From: Okamejei kenojei
Lineage: Eukaryota
Direction: 5' to 3'
DNA length: 64,000 nucleotides
NCBI GenBank assembly: GCA_035221665.1
Contig: CM069154.1
Coordinates: 5,952,001 to 6,016,000 of the forward strand
The position numbers and the translations under genes were made by a program. Positions within the stretch are counted from its first letter, which is position 1. Each line of letters begins with the position of its first letter. Below the pieces are notes generated by a model. It worked only from the letters and a program-made list of their open reading frames with translations. It was not told where the DNA came from and searched no databases. This document shows, piece after piece, positions 35,574-46,392 of this stretch.

Positions 35574-38500
35574 ATTTTACTTCGGAGTCACGTGAGTGAC
35601 TACGTGAAGACCCCGCCAGGACGCATGCGCGACATATCGTCGAACGCATTGCGGAAGTGACAGTCGGGAGGAGCGCCGCTCCTCCAGCGCGAATTTTGAA
35701 AAATTACTGAAGGTAAGTCTTACCTTTTCTGGTGAGCGTGGCGACTCGGTGTAATTTCTTTTTCAGGAGGAAGCACCATGGAGTCGCGCAGGGGAGAGCA
35801 GCAGCTGATACCGCTGCTGTGGAAGCAGCCAGCAGCGTGCCGTCTCTCCAGAGCTGCAGGTGCTGCCAGCAGCTCCCGGCTTCTCGCCGCTACAGACCGC
35901 AGGTGCGCCGCGGTCGGCGGCAAAACCACCCGGAAGTCGGACAGGTCCGTTGACTCGGCTGGGTCCGGACCTGAAGGCACCCCGTTCCCAGATAGCGACG
36001 GCGGGCGTCTTTCCCGCAGGAGTGGGTGGGGAGCAGTGCTCCAGCGTGACCTGCTTATGCAGGGGCAGAGTCACAGTGGGTCTCTTCGCAGACCCACGGC
36101 AGGATCCTTTCAAGGACTGCCAAATGTCTCACCCTCTTCACAGGGGAGCATTAGGGGTCAGAGCTGGGCTGACCCTGAAGAAGGGGCAATGGCTGAACAG
36201 TCAACTGTGAGGGGTGCCAGAAGAGAGAGCAGCAGAAGATTGTGGGACACATGCTGTATCAACTCAAGAAGGACTGCCTATACAAAGCTGCAAGCCAGTA
36301 AAAAATACATGGCTACAAACCAGCTACAGGAGCAAGCCATTAACTTTATGGCTGGGAAGCACATTGCTCCAGAGAACTCCATTTCTCTTAAAGTACCAGC
36401 AGTCTATGACCCCATCTGGGCAACAGGAGCCCATCTATAAGGAGCCAGGATGTGAAGCTCCAGAGGAAACTGCTGGCTGCTAAAATCACAGCAGTACCAG
36501 GACAACTGATGGGGTTGATTTGCCTGAAGAGTTACGTGATGCTCTAGCATACTGTGTAATACTCAGTGGAGATTTACAGTTACAGGAAGAGCATCATCAA
36601 GAAGTGCGGAATTATGCAAGACAAGTAGCACACAGGCGCCAAAATTGCTGTTGGGGGACCTCCCGAAGCAGGTGAAAGACCTGCATGAGGAAGCCAAGGC
36701 TATAGGCCTGATCAAGGTGCCAAGCACCTCTAAAACCCACTATCAACAGCGGCAGCACCCCTACACACCCACCAGACATCGGTGCTATGGAAGACCATCT
36801 GGTGGTGAAAGCTCGAAGGCCGGCCCACCTGCACAGTGATCTTTCAGACCATGGCCCAGCCCGGCCTTCATGGAAAACGCGCCAACCCCACAACGCAGCA
36901 ACACAATACCAGAAGAAACAACTGCGGAGACAACCCACACAACACCGGTAACCATGGAGGTAGGTGGGTCTGGTTGTCTTAAAAAACATTGCATGTCCGA
37001 TTCATTAAAGTTGGGGGACGGTTGCACTTGTTTCATCATGTGTGCTGCACTTTTACCTCTGAACTTTTACATACTCGGAAGTATTCAGAATTACAAAATT
37101 GAATTTGTATACGAACTACCGTCCCAGTTCAGCATACGCCTAGCAGGAAGTTCATACTTCACAAAAAGAGAGAACAGCAGGCCATGCTGAACTGTTAAGA
37201 CTAAACACAAAAGGGATTGAGAAAACAATCAGAGAATTTCAAGAGTTCGTATCAAATATATTTATAAAAAACTAAAAAGATGGTGGTTGCCGTATCATTA
37301 CAGATTTGACCGAACTAAATACTTCCGTTCAGTATGCCCATTTCAAAATAGACACGTTTGTCACACACAGGGTCATCGTAAATACCTGAAATTTATCTGG
37401 ATGGGACAGCAATGGCAGTATGCCTTATCCAATGGGTTGTCATCAGCACCCAGGCTATTACAAATTTATTAAAACCAGCTTTAGCATACTTAAAGAAACA
37501 TAACCATATCGTCATTTCTTACATTGATGATATTCTCATTGTAGGTGAAAATTGGAGCTGGCTACATTGGTGGTATCAGCCACAACAGAGAGGTTTAACG
37601 TTCATCCAGATAAATCAAAATTGGAACCCTCCACTACCATGGATTATTTGGGGTTCACTATTGACTCTGTTCATATGTCTATCACCTTGCCACCAAACAA
37701 AGTGACAGACTTGATGGGAGTATGCAAAAGCCTCACTGGCATCAGGGAACCATCCATTCGGCAAGGAGCAAGAGTGATTGGGAATTGGTGGCTGCGTTCC
37801 CAGCAGCACAATTGGACCACTCCATTATTAAAACCTGGAAGAGGGAAATTTTAGCTCTCAAAAATCATACAGGCCATTTCAATAGGCCTATGCAACTACC
37901 AGGGAAAGTAAATTAGAATTAAACTGGTGGATAGAAATGTTCCATATTATCCTAACCCCATCACCCCATTCTATATCCCTAGGGTACATTACAGACTGAT
38001 GCCAGTGCTAAAGGTTGGGGAGCAACTATTACCACCGCAAGTTGTGGTGGCAGATGAGTGCACAAAAATTATTCTGTTTAAAGCACTAGGAATTAATTAT
38101 CTAGAAATGCTGGGAGCGTTTCATGGACTCAGGGCCTACTGCTCAGATGAGCACCAGTTGCATGTACGGTACAGATTGATACCACACTGGGGGCCTATAT
38201 ATAATCATATGGGTGAAATAAAGTCGATATCATGTGATGAATTGCCTAATAATATCTGGCACTGGTGTCTGGGAGAGAGATTTGGATCTCAACCACTTAC
38301 CTTCCAGGTAAGCTAAATACAGTGGCAGACATCAGGTCACGTAAATTCAACGACAACATTAAATGGATGTTGGATCGGAAAGTGTTTACAGATATTATAG
38401 ACCGGTATGGGACACCAGATATCGACCTTTTTTCCATCCGGACTAATTCACCAACTACCAACATATGTTGCTTGGGAACCAGACCCAGGGGCAGCAGCGA

Positions 38501-40184
38501 TGGACGATTTCTCGCCGCATTGGGGGGGGGGGGGGATTTGTTTTGCTATGTATTTTCCCCTTCTGCCTCATCAGGCGAGTCTTACAATAATTAAACAAGA
38601 TGCCGCAACGGGTACCATGGTCCCCAACAGTACAAAGATGGTCTCAGAACCCTGCATCTGGATCAACAACGGCCAAGGAGGTTGGCACACCCCGTGCGGG
38701 AAAGTATCCGTGCCATGACTGTATGAACTTGTTGATTTGCAGTTTCTGAACAGGCCATTTCTGGCATACGGACTCTCCGACAGGACGATCAATGCCATCT
38801 CAGCGTCGTGCAGGGAGTCCACGAGAAGACAGTACCTGACATATGTCAGGAAATGGGAAGTGTTCTGCACCAGGACGAACACTACATATGACTCAGCCAC
38901 CAACACTGGAGTGCTGGAGTTCTGGCCACCCTTCATTTCGATGAAGGTTTGAGTTACAGTGCCATTATTGTGCAAGGAGTGCCCTATCTAATATCTGGGC
39001 AGAGGGGAGTGATCACCTGGCTATAGGATCACACCCACTAGTACCTAAACGAATGAGGGGTATTTGTACTCTATTCCCCCCAGGCCCAAATACACCCATA
39101 TATGGGACATAGGTAGTACACCATGTTACGAGGATGGACACCAATATCGGGGCTCACTCTGGACAAACTAATATCCTAGATGGGAATGGTTATGGCACTT
39201 GGATCAGCACAACGGGTCCAGTCCTTACACAAGCTAGAATAGGACGTCATGTCTGTCACAAATGGCACATAACCTGCTACATACAGGGGTACTTAAACTA
39301 GACTGACCCGGTTCCTTTGGCCAATGTTAGAGTTCTGGCCTATCCTGCAGATAGTCGGCCCTGCATAGTGACACATACTTTCCAATATATAGTCACCAAG
39401 ACACTTATGGGCACGGAGAGAGCTTTCTCATTAGCCATAAATGCCCTCGCCTAAGGTCACAGTGCAAACCATATCCAGATGTTTCTGGTGGTATTACGTG
39501 CAGTGGTGAATACTAATGTTTCAAATCTCACTCCAACAGGGCTGCATCTACATCGGACGCTAGGATGATGGGAGTTCCTATGGACCACATCCTTGCCACA
39601 GCGGGGTGGAGCAATGAACGCATTCAATGCTTTATAATAAACCCGTGGCCGATCCTGAGACGTTTGCAGGGAAAAATTAAGTTCTGTAAAATAAAATTAC
39701 CCAATGTGGGGCATATTATTTTAGGTATGAATAATACCTTTATTGTTTTTCAGCACAGTGTCATGTGTGAAATACGTTCATCCTCCGTCCCAGAATGGCA
39801 GTGTGTGAGCATGGTCTCGTTCCAGGGCATGAAATCACAGAGCTTTGAAATCTTCACGTAGTCACTCACGTGACTCCGAAGTAAAATAGTAAGATTAAAT
39901 GAGAACTTACCAGTTTGAAGTTTGATCTTTATTTTATGAGGAGTTACGATGAGGGATTACGTGCCCTCCGCTCCCAAAACCCTCTATTATAAAGTTCAAC
40001 TGGTATGGAAGTTCTCTCTTATCTTACTATATTAGTCTACTCTGGTATCTGTGATTTCACACCACTGCTTTGAAGAATGTCGCGCATGCGTCCTGGCGGG
40101 GTCTTCACGTAATCCCTCATCGTAACTCCTCATAAAATAAAGATCAAACTTCAAACTGGTAAGTTCTCATTTAATCTTACTATT
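35574..40184 (+). mobile_element. DIRS retrotransposon B, full-length ends, heavily decayed ORFs
   Basis: Left ITR from 35574; ICR 39851-39963; right ITR plus extension 40077-40184; YIDD, INYLEM, WEPDPGA remnants. Confidence 0.92.
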
Positions 40185-40765
40185 CAATTGACAACACAGA
40201 AAGCTGATAAATCAGTGATAAATCTTCTGTAAAAGCTCGTCATAGCTATCGGTATTATGAACAAACGTGAAAATTATCAGTCCAGAAAATATACTCAAGT
40301 GTGAAGCTATACACTTCAGCACATATGTAATGGAGGAAGAAGTAGCTGGGATGGCACGGCTGTGACATAGTTCCTCCCACGATCATTGCAACCAAAGTGA
40401 AGCACAAGATGAGGAAATTCAACTGTTTTGAGATATTTTAGGCATTGGAGGCCAGCTGGAACAAACTTTGAGGTTCTCATTGAAGAAACTGACAGTGGGT
40501 AGATATAATTCAAGTAAAATCACTCGGTGACCAGTTGATCCATTGGCTTTTCTTTAGAGGCTGATTTCCCTCCCCTCCTTTATGCTTAGCAACCTGCAGT
40601 CATGGGTTTAACAGAGATTATTCAAGTTCAAATTCACATTTATTGTCACATGCACCAATTGAGATACAGCGATATTTGAGTTGCCATACAGCCGTAGAAT
40701 TAAAAAAAACACCATCTATCTATATTACTAAAAGTAAGATCTTCACCGCTCTTGACTCACTGCGA

Positions 40766-41722
40766 TGTGAATTAGGAGCAACACTAGCAAGTTTGCGGAT
40801 GTCACAAAGCTTGGTGGCAGTGTGAACTGTGAAGAGGATGTTAGGAGGTTGCAGGGTGACCTGGACAGATTGAGTGAGTGAGCAGATGCGTGGCAGATGC
40901 AGTATAATATAGATAAATATGAGGTTATCCACTTTGGTGGCAAAAACAAGGGGGCAGATTATTATCTCAATGGGGTTAGGTTAGGTAAGGGGGAGGTGCA
41001 GCGAGACCTGGGTGTCCTTGCACACCGGTCACTGAAAGTTGGCGTGCAGGTACAGCAGGCAGTGAAGAAAGCTCATGGAATGTTGGCCTTCACAACAAGA
41101 GGATTTCAGTATAGGAGTAAAGAGGTTCTTCTGCAGTTGTATAGGGCTCTGGTGAGACCACATCTGGAGTATTTTGTACAGTTTTGATCTACTAATTTGA
41201 CGAAGGACATCCTTGTGATTGAGGCAGTACATCGTAGGTTCACGAGATTGATCCCTGGGATGGCAGAACTGTCATAGGAGGAAAGATTGAAAAGACTAGG
41301 CTTGTATTCACTGGAGTTTAGAAGGATGAGGGGGAATCTTATAGAAACATATAAAATTATAAAAGGACTGGACAAGCTAGATGTAAGAAAAATGTTCCCA
41401 ATGTTGGGCGAGTCCGGAACCAGGGGCCACAGTCTTAGAATAAAGGGGAGGTCATTTAAGACTCAGGTGAGAAAACACTTTTTCACCCACAGAGTTGTGA
41501 ATTTATGGAATTCCCTGCCACAGAGGGCAGTGGAGGCCAAATTACTGGATAGATTTAAGAGAGATTTAGATAGAGCTCCAGGAGCTAATGGAGTCAAGGG
41601 ATATGGGGAGAAGGCAGGCACGGGTTATTGATAGGGGACGATCAGCCATGATCACAATGAATGGCAGTGCTAGCTCGAAAGGCCGAATGGCCTCCTCCTG
41701 CACATATTTTCTATGTTTCTAT
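40766..41722 (+). mobile_element. CR1 LINE 3' fragment
   Basis: QRDLGV, RPHLEY, RGHSLRI..FFTHRVVNLWNSLP; TTTCTATG tail. Confidence 0.9.
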
Positions 41723-42029
41723 GATTTCCAAGAGAACGCCGCCGATTATGACCATCATTTTTGCCCACCTCGCTCAGAGCCCCCCTCCGCCGGACTGGAC
41801 TGGAGGATTTTCCCATTGATGAAAAATCAGAGAGATATTAATGTTTAAAAAATATTCACCATTCTCTCTGCTGCCCCTGCTGGTGAGAGGGGGGAGGGAG
41901 TATAAAACCAGGAAGCTGTGTGCCTCACTAAGTCTCTGCAAGATGGAGGAAGCGCGAGGGTCACGTTTCTCTGAGCTCTGAATAACACTGAACACATGTC
42001 TACTCAACTGTGAGTGCCCTTAATGTGGT

Positions 42030-43180
42030 TTGAAAATGAAAATATGGTTGCTTTCAAATGCTGCACAGCAAAAAAATGGCTGTTGTTGGTGGTGGTAACT
42101 GCTTTCAAAGGCTACACTGCAAAAAAATTGGCTCTCGTTGTTGTTGATAACTGCTTTGAAACGCTGCACCGCAACAACAAAAAAATGGCTGTTGTTGGTG
42201 GTGGTAACTGCTTTGAAAGGCTGCTCTGCAAAAAAATGGCTGTTGTTGGTGGTGGTAACTGCTTTCAAATGGCTGACCTGGAAAAAAATGGCTGTTGTTG
42301 GTGGTGGTAATTGCATTGAAAGTCTGCATTGTAAAATAAAAATGGCTGTTGTTGGTGGTGGTAACTGCTTTGAAAGGATGCACTGCAAAAAAAAAGACTG
42401 TTGTTAGTGGTGGTAACTGCTTTTAAAAGGCTGCACTGGAAAATAAATATGGCTGTTGTTGTTGTTGGTAACTGATTTGAAATGCTGCAACACAAAAAAT
42501 GGCAGTTGTTGGTGGTGGTAAATGTTTGAAAGCTGCACTGCAAGGAAAATGGCTGTTGGTGGTGGTAACTGCTTTGAAAGGCTGCACTGAAAGAAAAAGG
42601 CTGTTGTTGGTGGTGGTAACTGCTTTGAAAGGCTGCACTGCAAAAAAAAATGGCTGTTGTTGGTGGTGGTAACTGCTTTGAAAGGCTGAACTGCAAAAGA
42701 AAATGGCTGTTGGTGGTGATTGTAACTGCCTTGAAAGGCTGCTGAACTAAAAACAAATGGCTGTTGTTGGTGGTGGTAACTGCTTTGAAAGGCTGCTGCA
42801 CTGCAAAAAAATGGCTGTTGTTGGTGGTGGTAATTGCCGTGAAAGGCTGCACTGCAAAAAAAAATGGCTGTTGTTGTTGGTGGTAACTGTTTTGAAAGGC
42901 TGCACTGCAAAAAAAAAATGGCTGTTGTTGTTGGTGGTAACTGCTTTGATAGGCTGCACTGCACAAAAAAAGGCTGTTGTTGGTGGTGTTAACAGCTTTG
43001 AAAGGCTGCAATGCAAAAAAAAAGACTGTTGTTGGTGGTAACTGTTTTGAAAGGCTGCTATGCAAAAAAAAATGGCTGTTGTTGTTGGTGGTAACTGCTT
43101 TGAAAGGCTGCACTGCCAAAAAAAAATGACTGTTGTAGTTGGCAGTAACTGTTTTGAAAGGCTGCAATGCAAAAAAAATG
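42030..43180. repeat. Minisatellite, ~50-bp unit (CTGCAAAAAAAATGGCTGTTGTTGGTGGTGGTAACTGCTTTGAAAGG), roughly 20 copies
   Basis: Tandem periodicity visible directly. Confidence 0.95.
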
Positions 43181-43312
43181 CCTGTGATTTTTGGCCATCC
43201 TACTCAATTCCTCGCCACTCATCAGGTGCAGAGGATTCTTCCTATCAATGAAAAATAAAATTATTATTAGTGTTTTAAAAAATGTTGAGAATCGCTCTCC
43301 TGTCAATCACAC

Positions 43313-43590
43313 TAGACATAGACATAGAAATTAGGTGCAGGAGCAGGCCATTCGGCCCTTTGAGCCTGCACCGTCATTCAATATGATCATGGCTGATCAT
43401 CCTACTCAGTATCATGTACCTGCCTTCTCTCCATACCCCCTGATCCCTTCAGCCACAAGGGCCACATCCAACTCCCTCTTAAATATGGCCAACAAACTGG
43501 CCTCAACTACCTTCTGTGGCAGAGAATTCCACAGATTCACCACTCTCTGTGTGAAAAATGATTTTCTCATCTCGGTTCCAAAAGACTTCC
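43313..43590 (-). mobile_element. CR1 3' end fragment
   Basis: FFTQRVVNLWNSLPQKVVEA..GYGEKAG; CATAGA tail. Confidence 0.85.
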
Positions 43591-43842
43591 CCTCGCCCCT
43601 GAAAGCCTTGCCCCTTCCAGTTAGAGGGGGAGGGATTATAAAACCCATAAGTGTGGGTGTGGCTCAGTCTCTGCAAGATGGGGGAGAGGGAGGTCACAAC
43701 TCTGTCTGAGCTGTGAATCAACTGAACACACTGAATGTCTACTGAACTGTGACTGTGGTGTTGATGTGGTGTTGTGTATGGTTTTATATTGGTTTTATGG
43801 TGGTTTCACCCTGATTGAAATGGCATGAAACAACGCTAGCAT

Positions 43843-44106
43843 TTGGTGGCCTTGCACCCTGCTTGAATTGACGTGAAACTGCACTTGAATTGGGTGGCCT
43901 TGCACCCTGCTTGAAGTGGCATGAAACTGCACTTGAATTTGGTGGCCCTGCAGCCTGCTTGAAGTGGTCGGAAACAGCACTTGAATTTGGTGGCCTTGCA
44001 CCCTCCTTGAAGTGGTAGGAAACTGCAATTGAATTTGGCGGCATTGCACCCTGCTTGAAGTGGTAAGAAACTGCACTTGAATTTGGTGGCCTTGCACCCT
44101 GCTTGA
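43843..44106. repeat. Minisatellite, 48-bp unit (..GGTGGCCTTGCACCCTGCTTGAAGTGG..AACTGCACTTGAATTT), about 5.5 copies
   Basis: Tandem periodicity visible directly. Confidence 0.9.
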
Positions 44107-45506
44107 TTAGTACAAGTGTCAGAGGTTATGGGGAGAAGGCAAGAGATTGTGGTAAGGAGGGAGAGATATATCAGCCATGATTGAATGGCAAGGTCTACTT
44201 GATGGGCTCAATGGCATAATTCTGCTCCTATCACTTATGACCTTATACCTCGGTACATGTGACAATAAACTAAACTGAACTGAACTGAGAAAAAAGTTTT
44301 CCCTCCTATTGGGGAGCAGAGACCTTGAAAGGGAACTAATGCTTTGAAAGCACAGCATTTACGCCAGATCAGTCGGCCAATCAATGGCGTGTGTGTGATA
44401 AACAGGAACATATTGAGGATAGTCCTTGTTCTTCAGAACGCACTACACAGAAACTGGATTTTTGAAAATCAGTGTTTTGCATGCAACCTCATGTATTCTC
44501 AAATATTATGGAATACTGAAAATCAGTACTCCTGAATTGTGAAACCATTTTTGAAATGTGAATATAAAATATATAATAATAAACATACATTTCGCAATTC
44601 ATCATATAGTTTACCAAGCAATCAAACATGCTGGCATGATGCTGCATAATCATTCAGGTGCTCCTGGATGTATATTGCCATTTACCTCTACTACCACTAC
44701 AAAAGCATTAGTTGGCCTTAGCCTATATGCCATTCTTGGTTCCTTGAATATAGCACCTCATACCAGTTTATCTAGCATGACAGTCCTCAGTTCGTTAATG
44801 CTATCAAAACATGTGTCATTCCGCAGTACACTGATGTAGGTGGCCCTTCTTCTACCTCTTCTTGCAGTGCCACGTTTGGTCTCCCGAAGTGTGACTTTAT
44901 CTTTAATGGCAGTCCTCAGTTCATTAACGCTGTCCAAGGCCTGTGTCATTCTGCAGCTAGTACACTGATGTAGGTAGCCCGACTTCTACCTCTTCTTGCA
45001 GTGCCCTGTTTGGGCTCCCAAAGTGTGAGGGGATTAACAGACAGTTCAAGGTTCCAGACTTTGACAAGACTCTTGGCAGACCAGCATATATTGCCATTTA
45101 GCCATGAATCACATTTTCCTTTTCCAGTTCCATTTTCCGAGAATGTAACTGTGCAAACCCAGTCACCAATTTGTCCAAGTCATGAGCAAAGTCATAGTGA
45201 ATGTACATTAAGGCGAGTGCAGACAACCTGTCATTGCTCATGGAAGTCCTGGTGTAGTGAAGCAGGCGCCGGACACTCGTGGCACACCTGCATATATTGT
45301 CATTTAGCCAGAATTCATGTTTTCCAGTTCCATTTTCCAAGAATGTAACTGCGCAAACCTAGTCACAACTTTGTCCAAGTCATGGGCAAAGTCATAGTGA
45401 ATGTGGATTAAGGTGTCTACAGACAGGTGATTGCATGGAAGTCCTGGTCTTTGCTTCTTCATGGATGAGAAAACATGTTTGTCCACGTTGGCTGGATCAA
45501 AGTAAG

Positions 45507-46114
45507 ATGCCGAGCGAGATGGCACCCACTGCAAGCAGGCCACCCGAGGCGAGTATCTCTCTGCTGCTCAGGCTCATGTCCAAGGGTCCCGGCTACCTCC
45601 GCAGTCAAACGGAGGGGGACAGGCGGAGTCGGCAGAGCGCCGTGGTGAGACTGGCTACTGACAAGGCCAAGTACTTGAAGAGCCAGACGGCGAGGGGGTG
45701 CAAAGTGGATCCCAATGGTTTGGGCAGCTCTGCCTCCGAGGAAGGCAGCAGCAGCGGCAGTGGGGCCAGCAGCAACACGAAGACTTACCTGGCCTCCAGC
45801 AACCCCCAGCAGAGCAGGCAGCTGGGTCTCCCCCCTGACATTGTGCGTCACAGGTTGGTGAAGGTGGATTATGGCGCTCGCACTCCAACCTCAGCTGCCG
45901 CTTCTCCCGAGCCTGCTCGGGCTTGGACAGTTTCTTCGAACACTGCGGACTCGGACCCGAGGTGATCGAGAACCTGGCCAGGGAGAAGTTTGACGCCGAC
46001 GACACCTTCGAAAGCCTTGCCCTCATGTTTCGCAGCGTGAAAGGCCTGTCCCACTTCGGTGACATTTTCGGCGACAGCCTGAAAAAAGGTTGTCGAGTCG
46101 CGGTCGGGTCGTGA
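45507..46114 (+). pseudogene. FAM110: FAM110-like captured fragment, copy 2 (N- and C-terminal domains, frameshifted)
   Basis: MPSE..LRLMSKGPGYLRSQ..SAVVRLATDKAKYLKSQ, then from 45866 LWRSHSNLSCRF..FFEHCGLGPEVIENLAREKF..LMFRSV. Confidence 0.8.
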
Positions 46115-46392
46115 CGCGGCTTGATGTGTAGTGATGCATGTAGTGACGCGCGGTGACTCCCTGTCACCTCTGGATGTGGGAATGTTGAAAATCCAGGGGC
46201 GACATCTGGGTGTCTCATCATGTCGTGCGCCCTGTCACATGCTGACGTATGCTGCCCTGCGGGTGACGACCGGTTAGGGTTGGGGTTAAGGACCACAGAT
46301 AGGCTGTAAAATATTCTTCCTTCAATGCATGGATTTTAAACATTAATATATTAAAATTAATACAATAAAATCAATTGTGCAAATGAAAAGAT

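Larger units (their letters stand above)
40715..44110 (+). mobile_element. Probable non-autonomous Helitron-like element with an internal direct repeat and two minisatellites, interrupted by two CR1 pieces
   Basis: A|TCTATCTATATTACTAAAAG start; ~41745-42015 repeated at ~43185-43755; no clear CTAG 3' end. Confidence 0.4.

Noticed and set aside
42014-43306. Long ORFs (up to 300 aa) and a CRISPR-like periodic appearance
   Set aside because: Translations of a minisatellite; no unique spacers and no cas genes
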